The position numbers and the translations under genes were made by a program. This document shows positions 13,240 through 26,880 of a stretch of 64,000 bases of DNA, piece by piece. Source of the stretch: the human T2T-CHM13v2.0 reference genome, Homo sapiens; assembly GCF_009914755.1 (NCBI RefSeq), contig NC_060928.1; one strand, written 5' to 3'. The notes beneath the pieces were generated by a model. It saw only the letters and a list, made by a program, of their open reading frames with translations. It was not told the origin of the DNA and searched no databases. The stretch's first letter is position 1, and each line of letters begins with the position of its first letter.

Positions 13240-13635
13240 GAGTAGTGAAAATGCACAGGCCTTTCTAAAGTAAGAATTCCAGGATTTAAATTCCAGCTCT
13301 GAGACTTGCTGATTGTGAGCTTGGTCTCATTTCTGAATCTCAATCTGTTCATTGATGTGATTTAAATGATAATAATAAAAGTAACCTTTCATAGCGATGT
13401 CTACTTTATATTTTTGATCTTAACTATGCTGATCTAAGTAGAATTTCCCATATCTAAAATGATGCCTTTTACTTATTGAAAGGCATTTTAGTGTGGTTTA
13501 TGTGTAATACCAAATAAAGAATATTTAACACTTCTCAAAAAAAAACCTTTTGCATAGTGTAATCAAGCTAGCCAATCCATGTAAAGAGCATAGCACAGTG
13601 CCCAGTATATTGCAAATATTCAATAAGTGTTATGT
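13240..13635 (+). mobile_element. MIR split by a ~150-bp insert
   Basis: The MIR core (aattccagctctg...aaatgataataataaaagtaacct) resumes after 13546 (catgtaaagagcatagcacagtgcccag...caataagtgtta). Confidence 0.7.
13397..13545 (+). pseudogene. Short retroposed polyadenylated RNA 3' fragment (source unknown)
   Basis: AATAAA lies at 13513-13518, with A9 starting 18 nt later. Imperfect flanking direct repeats aacctttcatagcg / aaccttttgcatagtg bracket it. Confidence 0.55.
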
Positions 13636-14929
13636 GTTAATGTATTCTATGTTAGGCATTGCATGTGAATATTTAAACAATTTAGAAATGATAAATCAGT
13701 TGATTATTAAGCTACAACTTAGCATAACTAAAAGAATATACTTCTTGGTTGCTTTTGATACTAATACAGTATCAGAGTAGAGTAGTTCTTATAAGCATAA
13801 ATAAATTAAGAAGTGACTTACACATGAGGGACCAACTTTATGGAAACTTTATTTTTATACTTAAGATGTATGCCTTCTCAGGATGACATCAGCACTTGTT
13901 CATAGATGTGTATTATGTTGTTCCCTGGATGAATTCCTTATTGCCTCTCCCTCCTTTGGAACAACCTGACTTTGAGAGGGGAGATAGGGAAGGCCGAGGC
14001 ACTTAGATGAAAGGGATTTTTTTCTCTCAGGCCTTTATCCACCGTCCCAGTCTCCCTCTCTCTCTGTTTCTACCTCATCTTCCCACCTCAGGCTATTCTG
14101 GCCCTCACAACCCATGCCCAAAGCCTAAGTTACTAAGTAAGCAAAGCTTCCCTGGCCTGCAGTGAGCTTTGTCAATACCTGAGAGGGCAGCCTGACTACT
14201 GATATTTTTCTTGGTGTCAGTAATACATCCTTACTGCAAAAACTTAGAAAACTTGGACAATAGAGAGGGAGGGAAAGAACCTTAATCCCAACCAAAGTGA
14301 AATAAGGTAAACAATTTGATGTTTGACCTTGTACTGTTTTATATTTATACATAGATCTAAATATTTAAACAATTCTTTTGCCTTGTATATACTATTTGTA
14401 TTTAGCAGCTCTACACCATGTACGTGCTTCTTCATAAAATGCTTTCTTCCAAAACAGACTTCTAATGACTCTATAGTATTGAGTGCTATGGATATACTAA
14501 ATTTTATTTATTCAGTTCTTGACTATTGGACATTTAGATAGTTCCCTGAGTTTTACTGTTATGAATAATGCAGCAAACAGCTGTAAACATCTTAGATTAT
14601 TTGCATCGTAACCCATAATATTTATCATATTGGTCTTAAGTTTATTTTCTTAGTAATTATTATATTCTAAAAACAAATGAACATTTAAGCTTGGTGTATA
14701 ATAAAGGCTTACACGTGTGTTTAATATTAAAGCATATTTCATACCTTACCTGTGCATTTATGTAAAGTTTTAACAGAGAGAGGAGATAGCTGTGTCTCGT
14801 TTGTAACCCATTCTCCAGGCCTGTTACCATTACCAATCAGTATACTATGAAGCTTTAGATCCTTATCTTTCCACAAGAGAAGATAGAAGCCTAGTGTGTG
14901 GGGAAGGGGACTCAAATATGAAGTGGGGT

Positions 14930-15125
14930 GTAGTATCAAAAGAAACGTGGTCTTTAAAGTAAAGAGGGTTTGGTTTTAAATTCAATTTTAACTTTAAAAA
15001 TCACATCTAACTCTCTGGGCTTTATTTTCAGCTATCGCAAAATGGAGGTAGTAATACTAGTGTTTATAAACTGTCATGAGAATTACATCCTTAGCACATA
15101 ATGGCTACTAAGTGAAGGTAGTTTC
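14930..15125 (+). mobile_element. MIR fragment
   Basis: It contains taactctctgggctttattttcagctatcgcaaaatggaggtagtaatac, a MIR core-like string. Confidence 0.55.
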
Positions 15126-16184
15126 CCTTCCCTTCATTCTCCTATTGTGTGGTGAGCTCCTATTGTGTGGTGAGCCAATCACTAAAATTACAACATGTTT
15201 TAAATGAAAATATATGAAAATTTATTATCTATTATGAAAAGACTTTAACTTTCTAATACTTTGGTAATATAGACTGTACAAAAACATGTACAAACTTTTA
15301 TATGTTTCCTTGCTCGTTAGCCTCAAATAAGCAAAAACATTTTTCCAAGATCGATCACCTCAGAACCATCACAAAGTTTTATTTTTTTTTCTTCATTTGA
15401 CTGAGACCCTTGTGTTTTTCTCCTCAACTTGTTCTAATTACAGGGACTTTTGAAAAGGGGGAATCTTTTCATCTCTAGGTTTTTTCAATCTATGGTATTA
15501 GTACATGGTTAGCTGAGGTTGATTTTTTTTCTTTTGAGGCTCTTCTCTCAACACATATATATGTACTACTTCTGATTTTTCATGAGTAAAACAAGCATTG
15601 ATAGCAATATCCAAAAAAGCTTCAGTAAAGAACAATTTATATCAAAGATCTTTCTTCACTGTGGAGAATCACAGACTTCCTTGGAAATATACTTTAGATG
15701 GTCAAATGATACATCATTTAAACTTAATTCTATTTGGGTCCATGCATGTATATCATGGGCTTGGGAAGAAGTGAGGTTCTTCCTTTCAAGTTATGTCTGT
15801 AGCCTTTGATATTATCACTTTGTTATATTTTTATGTCCAGGTCTTTAAAAGGTTTATGTTAGGAAATACTTAAATATACCCAAAAGTGTATAAGAATAAT
15901 GTTAATTAAAACGTTAACACTTATGTTATCAATACCTAAATTTGACAGATGTGAATATTATGTATATTTTCAATCTACCTGTTTTATATTTCTATAACTT
16001 GCTTTGTTTTGACTAATGCTATGACTTTCAAGTTTGCCCATGCTAATAGATGTAGCACTATTTCTATAATACTCAATTGCTGAGTATCCATTTTCTGTTG
16101 ATGAATATGTATGCTATTTCCAATATATTGCTATTATGAACAGTTCTGTAATGTTTAAGTTTATACATATTTTCTTGGAGACTC

Positions 16185-17240
16185 ATTCATTCATCCATCC
16201 AGCAAACACTAATTTTGCCACTGGTACATATTAAGCCATATAGCAGGCATTAGAAAAATATATATATATAAACTTGGTTCAGCTCTTGAGAAGTCCAGAC
16301 ACTAGTGGAGGAGAAAGATGTGCAAACAAATTAGTGTAATACAGCTTGCTAGTGCAATATTAGATACATGTATGTATGTATATGTACATGTCTATCTGTT
16401 TAGAAAAGGAGACAGTGTGTGTGTGTGTGTGTGTGTGTTTACGTGTGTAAGAGACACAGATAGATTGAAAAATAAAAACAGAGAGAGAGAGCATCATTGG
16501 AGAGGAAGTAATAGCTCTTTTCCTCTGACTCTGAAAAGTACATGAATGAGTCGGGTTTCATCCCACAGAATGAACAGAAATTCACTAGGCAGAATAAAAG
16601 GCAATGAGACTTCTGGCAGCTTAGAGCTATAAAATGCTATGCATATAGCAAAGAAAATATTTACTCTTTCAAAATGACAGGTGCCTGTCTGTGAGTTGTG
16701 AAAGATGAAGCATAACATTTAGGAAAAACCAGATATCATAATAAATTAAGAAATTTTAATTTTATCCTGTAGGTCATAGGCAACCTTTAAATAATTAGAA
16801 GCACTGAAATAACATCATATTTGAATTTTAGAAAGATCACTTGGATAGCCCCTGTGCAGGGATAAAACTGGAAGTAGCATTGATGTAGTTCTACACTAAT
16901 ACAGGAGTAGATGAAAGTGAGAAGGAAAAACAGGAAGTAGACTAGAAAGGCTTACTGGCTTTAGAGACTAAGTATATGGTGTTGCCATTAACAAGGAAGG
17001 TATATAGAAAGGAAGCAAAGTTTGAGAGAAGTAAAGATGAGTGAGTGGGAGGAGATAATTAATTCAATGTGAATGTGTTGAGTTGATGACACTAGGTGTT
17101 ATATTCAGGTGGAAAAGTCCAGGAGAGGGTTGAGATATGTGGGTGTGGGGTTTGGGAGAGAGCTCTGTTCTGGAGTGATAATTTTGGAAGTCATTAATAT
17201 CAGGGATATTGGACACGAATTCATGGATAAAACCATCTAG
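16185..17240 (-). mobile_element. L2 fragment containing a (TG)n microsatellite at ~16415-16437
   Basis: It has the reversed L2 tail tcattcattcatccatccagcaaacac and L2-like ttttagaaagatcact and tgttgccattaac strings. Confidence 0.6.
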
Positions 17241-18984
17241 AATAAGTCTGTTTATAGTGCATGGACTGAATTTCTATTTCAGACATCTTTGAAGTGTGTT
17301 GGTTGATATGGTTACTTCTATAACATTGCCTTCTTGCTTCTGTATACCTAGTGCCAATGAAAGATAGCCTATTCTTATTCCAGCATCTACTTCAATTGAT
17401 CGTATAAGAAAAAAACTGGTATTTTTATGAAGCTTTGTTGTTTCATACCTGTTGTTCTTTTGTTACCCCGACCTTTATCGGCTTGAAAGCATTGTTTGAG
17501 TAACATGAGAGAATGTATTTGATAAACCAAAATGTGCCATATAGTGGAGACAAAATTGTGTCCTAAAAATAAAATGATGGACTTTACTTCATAAATGTTT
17601 AATTTTTTACATGTAAAAGATTAAATTTAAACTTCTTTAATGTAATGTAAACTTCTTTAATAAATGTTCCCAGCAGGCAGAATTTTTTGTTTTTGCTTGC
17701 ATTTGTAGTCTTTGCATACTGGATTTATTGTGACCATCTAATGCTCAGTTAATTTCTATTATCTGACTTGTCCAGGTTACCAGCTTGATCTGATTTTTAC
17801 AGTTTTATTGCTCACAGCCTATTATATCTTCACAGCACTTTTTTCTGTGACCAACAGCCTGGTTTTAGTAACTCTGGATTTCCCATGTCCATTATTTGAT
17901 TATGTTAATGCTTTCTAAAACACAAATAAATTGTTTTCTCAATTCCTTATGGCTTGATTTTTTGATTTCTAAACTAGATTGCCTAAATTTTGCTTGAAAC
18001 ATCTATTGACTTATTCACTGTTATTCTTTAAAAACTAGGACCTGAAAACGAAAGTTCTACATGCAATGGATGTGCTCGCTAGTTTTTTCTAGCCATCCAG
18101 TGTATTCTCTATGGTCTCACCTTGTCCTTTATTCCTTCACACTTGTGGTATCCATTCAACTTCCCTGGGGCTCAGGTCAAGGCAACTTATGACACGCCAG
18201 GGTCTACATTGCTAGTATGGATTGAAAGCTTTCTGTCTCTAGCTCAGTCATGCCAGTAAATGATTATCTCTGCATGAAAAACAGGATAGGCTTCACATAT
18301 CTAATAGAGAGTGGTGCGTAACGCACATATATTTTTCCTAGTGTGTCAGTAGATGATTAAAAATCATATTTTAACTTTTATGTGCCTTTTTGGATATGTC
18401 CCATGAATATTATCACTCACTTCATCAAGAGACTCCAATAAATGCTATCTGAAGTTACACTGAGGAGGAGGTATAAGGCATTTTTCCCCACTATACTTTC
18501 AGTGGATTTATCTCTTTTTAGGTTTTTTTTTAAATAAACCTTACTTTTATGGGATTATATGAAGTTGTACTTTATAGTTGTAAAAAAGTGGTTTAATAAC
18601 ACCCATATCAGGCATAAAATATGCCTTTACATTTTGTAAAATTTACATATGTTGTGGTAACATGGGATGACAAGGGTGCTTTCGTATAAAGGATAAAAGT
18701 CCTCTCTCAATCATATTGTGAAGTATAACAAAATAATAAAGAGGAGAAGGAGAAAGGAAATACAAAGAAAGGATCTACATGACATATGTGATGAGTAGGG
18801 AATAGTAAGAATTATAGTGGGACAGCACTGGAGTGAAATCCACTGTTCTGTGACCTCCAGCAGCCAGGACCATGTCTTATTTATATTTGTGTTCCTTGTA
18901 CCTGGTGAAGAACCTTGCTTTTAGGACTAGAAAACTCCCTGTTCAATGAATGAATTCCTTTCTTTAGAAGTCAAGTGCTTAACC

Positions 18985-19241
18985 GGTTAGGCACGGTGGC
19001 TCAAGCCTATAATCCCAACACTTTGGGAGGCCAAGGTGGGCAGATCATTTGAGGTCAGGAGTTCAACACCAGCCTGACCAACATGGTAAAACCCAGTCTT
19101 CACTAAAAATACAAAAATTAGCTGGGCGTGGTGGTGCACACCTGTAATCTCAGCTACTTTAGAGGCTGTGGCAGTGAGCTGAGATCGCGTCACTGCACTC
19201 CTGCCTGGGTGACAGAGACAGACTCTGTCTGAAAAAAAAGA
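18985..19241 (+). mobile_element. AluS with an internal ~36-bp deletion in the right arm
   Basis: The Alu body jumps from gaggctg to tggcagtgag. The 16-bp TSD agaagtcaagtgctta is at 18966-18981 and 19242-19257. Confidence 0.9.
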
Positions 19242-19974
19242 AGAAGTCAAGTGCTTATCTTGATCTTGGTTTAAGCTTTTTTCCTAGAAGGTAAGGAAGC
19301 TCTTCATAGGGGAAGATGATCCTTTCAGGACTCATTCAGCCTTAGATTCTCTTTCATACCTTGTTTGGGACTGTTCCACTTCATGAAAGCTTAATATGGC
19401 ATTGCATCAGCACCACTGACTCAGAGCTTGCACCTGCAGAGTTCAAAAAAAGGTAGGGGAGAGGCAAAGAATTAACTGAGAAATTACTGTCTTCAATGAA
19501 AAAACTAGAAAATACCATTGCTTTACTTTCTACTGTGGGTAGGAATATAAGCCTTTCTGTAGGTGAAGTCGTCATTTCAATGGTGTATTCAGAGCATGTT
19601 GTTACTGAATGTCTGTTGCAGACAATGTGTTGACTATCAGAAAGTGAAACAATTTTATTAGATCTATAGTCATTATTAATTGTGTCATTTTAATAGCATC
19701 AGCATATCTAATTAATACCTAGGAAAATTGATATTTAAAAAATGTAGTGATCAAAATGTTACATGTCAGTGCTTATGTAATAATCCATACAGAGGTGGTG
19801 TTTGAAATGTACTATGGAGACTCTGACGGAGCACCTGGTTACCTGCTTTAGGTGTGGCTTTGGTTCTGAAATAGAGCAGTTCTGAGAAGGAAGGAATGTG
19901 TATTGGTATATATCTGTGGTGCGTTCTAAGGCAACTTTCTATGAAAGTCCTTTCTTTTTACTCATTTATGTAGT

Positions 19975-21120
19975 TAAAGACATAAATGTTAGACTGAAAC
20001 CATAAAAACCCTAGAAGAAAACCTAGGCAATACCATTCAGGACATAGGCATGGGCAAGGACTTCATGACTAAAACATCAAAAGCAATGGCAACAAAAGCC
20101 AAAAGAGACAAATGGGATCTAATTAAAGAGCTTCTGCACAGCGAAAGACACTGTCATCAGAATGAACAGGCAACCTACAGAATGGGAGAAAATTTTTGCA
20201 ATCTACCCATCTGACAAAGGGCTAATATCCAGAATCTACAAGAAACTTAAACAAAGTTACAAGAAAAAAACAACCCCATCAAAAAGTGGGCAAAGGATAT
20301 GAACAGACAGTTCTCAAAAGAAGACATTTATGCAGCCAACAAACACAAGAAAAAATGCTCATCGTTATTGGTCATCAGAGAAGTGCAAATCAAAACCACA
20401 ATGAGATACCATCTCACACCAGTTAGAATGGCGATCGTTAAAAAGTCAGGAAACAACAGATGCTGGAGAGGATGTGGAGAAATAGGAACACGTTTACATT
20501 GTTGGGAGTGTAAACTAGTTCAACCATTGTGGAAGACAGTATGGTGGTTCCTCAAGGATCTAGAACTAGAAATACCATTTGACCCAGCGATCCCATTACT
20601 GGGTATACACCCAAAGGCTTATAAATCATGCTACTATAAAGACACATGCACATGTATGTTCATTGTGGCACTATTCACAATAGCAAAAACTTGGAACCAA
20701 CCCCAATGTCCATCAGTGATAGACTGGATTAAGAAAATGTGGCACATATACACCATGGAATACTATGCAGCCACAGAAAAGGATGAGTTCATGTCCTTTG
20801 CAAGGACATGGATGCAGCTGGAAACCGTCATTCTGAGCAGACTGTCACAAGGACAGAAAACCAAACACTGCATGTTCTCACTCATAGGTGGGAACTGAAC
20901 AATGAGAACACTTGGACACAGGGTGGGGAACATCACACCCCCAGGCCTGTCGTAGTTTGGGGGGGCAGAGGGAGAGATAGCATTAGGAGATATATACCTA
21001 ATATAAATGACAAGTTAATGGGTGCAGCAAACCAAAATGGCCCATGTATACCTATGTAACAAACCTGCATATTGTGCACATGTACCCTAGAAGTTAAAGT
21101 ATAATTTAAAAAAAAAAAAA
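19975..21120 (+). mobile_element. 5'-truncated L1PA (L1PA7/8-like), sense to host gene
   Basis: ORF 20299-20898 is the L1 ORF2 C-terminus ([10 protein letters not shown]...HCW, FSLIGGN), followed by a 3'UTR and poly(A). No TSD was found. Confidence 0.92.
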
Positions 21121-23014
21121 GGCTTCTGGATCTGTCTTTTACTGAAGCACATTTCCCCCACATTTATTTTTGTTTAATTCATAATTGCTCATTTTAAAAA
21201 TGACTTACCTTTGTTACAAAATGTGAGAATTAACGAGTACTGTGCAGAAGTGTGGGCTTTATGATTGTGGTTGGAACAAATTCAAATAACTCATAGTTTT
21301 TCTCTGAGTGTGCAGATTGCAGGCAATTCACTTAGAATTTTATTAATATGTGCCTTTCAGATGAAGATAATAATCAATATAAGAATCAGATATTACATTG
21401 TAAAAAGGGGCAAGTGCATTGCAGTAATGTTTTTGTTGAGTTTCTATTATGTGTTTCATAATTCCTGCTTAATATTTATTTTAACAAAAGTCAGAAAGAT
21501 TCCTTGTCTCTGTAAAATACACAGACACATACACTCCCAAATCCACATTACCATATACATCCTTCCCAGGGTAGTTGGTCAGGATATACTTAAAAATAAT
21601 GTGGTGCACCATATCAAAAGGAGTGAGAATCCCTCCATGTGTACTAAGAGTAACATACATTCTTGTAGGTCACTAAGATACCACCCCCAAATTTACTTCT
21701 CTTGAATAAAAAAACATTTGAAGGGGTTCCCCCTCCTCTACTTAATGATAAATTTTATGACGTTATAGTGGAAGCTCTGCAAAGGGTTTTGAGCAGTTTG
21801 GAAAGAACTCGGGAAATGGCGTTAGTTTTACTGCAGCCTAGCTACAGAATTAGATAGTAAACATAAGTAAATTTCTACAAATACAAATAAATATTTTTTA
21901 AAACTTTTTTGGGAGACAAGCTTGTTAACTAACATTATCTCGGTTCCCAAAATACTACCTTTAGAAATTTATCCTAAAGAATCATATTGAGGCTTACAGA
22001 GATAACATACAAAGGTATCTGTTATAAATTTATTTATGATCGCAAAAAGTGGAAACACTCTAAACATTCAACAGTGTTGGAACATTTAATGGGTGATGGA
22101 TGATGGTGTATATCTATAGGAATTCTATAGATGCAATGAAATTATATTTTAAAAAACATTTGTATTCGATTATATTCATTACAGAAAGAGATATGACCAC
22201 ACACAGTCATGCATACACACTCACAAACAGAAAACAAAGATAGAATTAAAAAATACAACTTGAGACGTTATCTCTGGTAGATAAATATATATTCCTTTTT
22301 ATCATTTTCTGAATTCTCTAAATGAATTTTCTAAAATGTATTGATTTCATATTATAAAGCAAAATAAAGAATATTTAGATGACCCATTTCCAATCACTGG
22401 CAAGATTCTGCCTGCTGTCATGTTGTTTTCTGCAGCTGTTACTTTTTAATATAGAGGAGCATGGAAACAATGTATTAAACTGAAATTGCTTGTCTCCTAC
22501 AAACTACCAAACACCTTTAATTATTTGGCTTTTCCTGGGACAAAGTAATGTGAATTAAATGGATAAATCATGTAGTATGTGAATTATTCCTCAATAAAGC
22601 TTTTTTAAAAAGACAGGGGAGACTGGAAGCCCTAGGGATACTAAAATAGAGGATAATTTCGGCTTTCAAATTCATTTCCATATATGTAGTATAAAGAAGT
22701 CATCTAGTTCTTAATTAGCGCCAAGAGGAAGGAGTGGGGCAAGAATATGAGGGAAAGAGATAGAAAAGAAACCCCTCTACCTGCTCTCAATTGAGTTCCT
22801 TACTTTTACCATTATCAAATGATTTCTTCTATTCTGTCTTGAACATTCCTTATTGCTGAGCTCTTTCCTCAAGCCCGTCGAATTATCCAGATGACATTAA
22901 TAACTTGTTCTATAATATTATGGTCTGCCAAAGATAAATCCATATTTTAACTGAAGCATGTTTTGTAATAAATAGGTGCAGATCCATTTTTCCCCAATAT
23001 CATTATTTAATTTT

Positions 23015-23294
23015 TAATTTTTTGTTTTATTTATAGGGTCTCTCTCTATTTCCCATGCTGGAGTGCAGTGGCGCAATCATGGCTCACTGTAGCCTTGACC
23101 TCCTGGGCCCAAGTGATCCTCCCACCTCAGCCTCCTAAGTAGGTGCACACCACCACGCGTAGCTAATTTTTGTATTTTTTGTAGAGAGATTTCACCATTT
23201 TGCCCAGGACCTCTCCAACTCCTGAACTCAAGCGATCCACCTGCCTCAGCTTCCCAAAGTGCTGAGATTACAGGCATGAGCCACCACACCCGGC
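23015..23294 (-). mobile_element. AluJ-like element
   Basis: An antisense Alu with J-type strings (atcatggctcactgtagccttgacctcctgggcccaagtgatcctccc). Confidence 0.88.
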
Positions 23295-23387
23295 ACTATA
23301 TAAGTATTTTAGACCTTAGAAAAACCTATCTAGTTTTAAATTTGTCTTATTAATTTTCTTGACATTGCTAAAAAAAGAAGCATGTAT

Positions 23388-23855
23388 ATCCATTCATGCA
23401 ATATTCCTCAGCAGTGAAAAGGAATGAACTATTGATACAGCAACCTGAATGAATTTCCAGCAAATTATGAAGTAAAAAAGGCAATCTCACATGTTCTTTG
23501 TTCAATCATAGAATATATGATTCCATTTATATAGCATTCTTGAAAGTGACAAAATTAGCGGTTTCCGGGAGTCAAGGACAGGTTGATGTGGGAGGGAACT
23601 GGGTGTGGCTGTAATAAGGCAACATGAGGGACCCTTTTGATGATGGAAATGTTCTATATCTTAACTGTATCAATGTCAATATCCTGGGTATAATATTATC
23701 CTGTAGTTTGGCAAGATATTATCATTGTATAGTATCTTGTATTATTTCTTACAATGGATGTGAATCTATAATTATCAAAAAATGACAATTTAATTAAAGC
23801 ATATAGTAAATAAGTAAAAAAATAAAATAAAAACAGACTACAAAAATGGTCAAAA
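23388..23855 (+). mobile_element. Old L1MC/L1MD 3' end
   Basis: It contains aaaggaatgaactattgatac, gatggaaatgttctatatctt and an A-rich end. A possible TSD aagcatgtat is at 23378-23387 and 23856-23865. Confidence 0.7.
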
Positions 23856-24059
23856 AAGCATGTATGTGGACATTTAATCTTTTCTGTATGATTAAATAAT
23901 TAAAATATTCTCATATTTCTGAGTATCATGGTACATTATTTTTAAAAACTTAGTGGTTGGTAGCAAACAGATTTTAATGTAATCTTTCAGTATAGAGTTT
24001 TAGTATAGGCTTATCATTTCTTTATTTAAATATCAGTGTTTACAATGTTTATTATAATA

Positions 24060-24260
24060 ACTAATATTTTTTGAGCATTTCTGAAACATCTTATTTAAAT
24101 CTTCCAACATTCTTATGAGGTCAGTAAGGTTATTATTTCTATATTATAGATGCAAAAAGTTGAGGCTTAAAGTGAATTGATTTGCTTATGATCGTACAAT
24201 AAACTAGCTGAATTAGGATTGGAAACCAAGTCTGTCTTACTCTAAAGCTCCTGATATTGA
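24060..24260 (-). mobile_element. MIR
   Basis: It contains tattatttctatattatagatgcaaaaagttgaggcttaa...ggattggaaaccaagtctgtcttactctaaagc. Confidence 0.6.
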
Positions 24261-25716
24261 TTCTTTATTCTGTTTTTGGCTATGGCTGCCACGATTTTGG
24301 ACAGTGGGATGTGCTTTTAATTTTCCTTGTTTATTTGCTTTATATCAAGTGTAAGTGTTAACATATTTGAAAGAGTGGGCATCAGCCTTAGATAGCTGTT
24401 GCTCAGGAATTTATAGTTATGTTGGTCACATGTCTCTTTTCCTTGGCAGTACTTTTTGATAGAACTGAAAGGGCATATTTAAAGAAAACAAAAAACCAAC
24501 ATGTGTTTAAATTTACAAAAAGTTTGCCAAGTTCTAACTACAATTCTATAACTCTCTCCTAATGTATAACATTTCACATTCATATTTTTAAATGGAGCTT
24601 ATAGTCTACTCTAATAGACACTAATCAAATGACAACATACAAATGTAACAGCAAAATTTGAAAATTGATGAGAGAGAGAGGTGCAGGATGCTATAGGTAC
24701 CTATAGAAGGGGACTTGGTCAAGTGTTAGGATTGCTGTGGCACAGAAGGCCTCCCAAAGGATGTGGCCTCTCAGCTGCCATATGCTTTTTAAGGGTTTAT
24801 GATTAGTAGCCAAGAAAGACTTTTGTAGTTTTCTTTTACCTGTTTTAACTATGCATAAATCGGATATATTTTTATCACAGCGCATTTCAGTTATGCCAGT
24901 CATCTTCCAAATAGTATGTTTCAAGCTCCCTGAGTACAGGAACTCTGCAGGTTATCTTTGTACTCCCAAATGTGAGGATACTGTCTCATCACATTCCTAT
25001 TTGGCTAAATGGGGTGGGATTGTTATGGTAGCATAAAAACTCTGCCGTGAAGACCTTTGACCTATTTGAGGCAAAGTCTTGAAGCTTTCTTAAATCCACA
25101 TTTCTGGACTTTGCTGATTTTTAAAAACAAATATTTGGTTTATTTTGATATTTTGTTGTTTTATTTGTTTGATTTTAATAAACTTTTTTTTTTTACTTTA
25201 AAAAATTATTCCTTTGATTTACAAGATTCCATCTCAGGCCTGTTCAGAGTTTCTTTCTCTGCATGTTTTTCATGTTGCTAAATGAATATGAATATGTTGT
25301 TTTATTTTTTGTTTGGTCCTTACATCACAAGTATATCATAAGCACCTATAAATTCTCCCAAAACAAAGCTTGCAGGCAAGGTAACAGAGCCACGCATTAA
25401 ATCCCTAGGAGTAAAGAGAGCATTTTTATTCTCTCAAAGCACCGGTTCTTTCTTGACTTTGGCTTGTACACAGACCTCACCTATTATAGTGGGCTCTGTG
25501 AAATTTGGCCCAAAACACTGTTGTTTTTATGCTTTGTGGAGGATCAAAATTATAAATAACACTGCTCAATCTGTTGGTAGGTGTGACGGAACAATCTCTT
25601 GTTACTATTTGTTCCTACTGTTGTTATGTGATTATTACATGTTTAAGGTTGGGCCTGTGGGAGAAAATGCCACTCCCTGTTTGTTGGGGGTGGGTTCTCA
25701 AATGAAGAGTGAAGTC

Positions 25717-25933
25717 ATTTGTTACATTCATGACCACAATCTTTCCAGTCTTCTGATCAGAAAGATAGATGAGTGGGTAGTCTTTGCTTGGTGGTAGAGA
25801 TAGAACCATCTATTTATTTGTTACATTCATCACCACAATCTTTCCAGTCTTCTGGGAAGTGGTATAATCCTCAGATCAGAAAGATAGATGAGTGGGTAGT
25901 CTTCACTTGGGGGTAGAGATAGAACCATCTATT
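25717..25933. repeat. Local tandem duplication (98-bp and 118-bp copies)
   Basis: atttgttacattcat...gatagaaccatctatt is repeated at 25717-25814 and 25816-25933. Copy 2 has 20 extra nt, and the copies differ by about 4 substitutions. Confidence 0.92.
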
Positions 25934-26533
25934 GGCTTTGCAGGAAATGGGTCAGAGTGCTGAATCATCTGCTTTTGTCAATGGGAAGGAAGATATAAAA
26001 GCAAAGTCTAGTAATAGGTTCCAAAGTCACCCAGGTGAGTTTTAGTGAATTTATACTAGCCCTCTGTACTAAGCCATAGTTTGATTTCAAGCAAAAGCAG
26101 TATCCCCACTGTGAGCTTGACAGCTTTGTAATACTTATGTTTTTTTCTCATGAGATCAATAGTGCTACTAATGAATGTAATTTTTATATTGTATAATGAT
26201 ATGTGGCAATGTGGAATATCCACAAAACTCAATGAAATGCTATTTTCCAAATAAGCAATACATAATGTCATGGAATCCACTCAAAATGCAAGACAGACCA
26301 GTGGATTTTAGCATTACAGATTATGGAGTATGAATATTACAGAGTTCATTGAAGTGGCTTCAAATTCTACATTGCAATTAACGTTTAAGAAACTATCACT
26401 TGTCAAGTTTTGGTATAGAATCAAAGAAAGATATCCACAATTATCATAAAAGGCTAGTAAAACACTCCTGCCTTTTCCAACTACATATGCATATGAAGCT
26501 GAATACAGAAGAAGATTTAAGAATCTAGTTGTT

Positions 26534-26880
<347 letters not shown>

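Noticed and set aside
17240-18300. Possible old LTR element
   Set aside because: It looks vaguely LTR-like near its end, but I cannot assign a family or termini without a Dfam search.
20299-20898. 199-aa sense ORF
   Set aside because: It is the L1 ORF2 C-terminal remnant.
21265-21705. 146-aa ORF in apparently unique DNA
   Set aside because: It has a TTG start, AT-rich composition, no recognisable motif and no clear splice context. It is probably a chance ORF, like the other 60-130 aa ORFs.
25717-25933. Repeat-spacer (CRISPR-like) arrangement
   Set aside because: There are only two long copies, no spacers and a eukaryotic context, so it is a simple tandem duplication.
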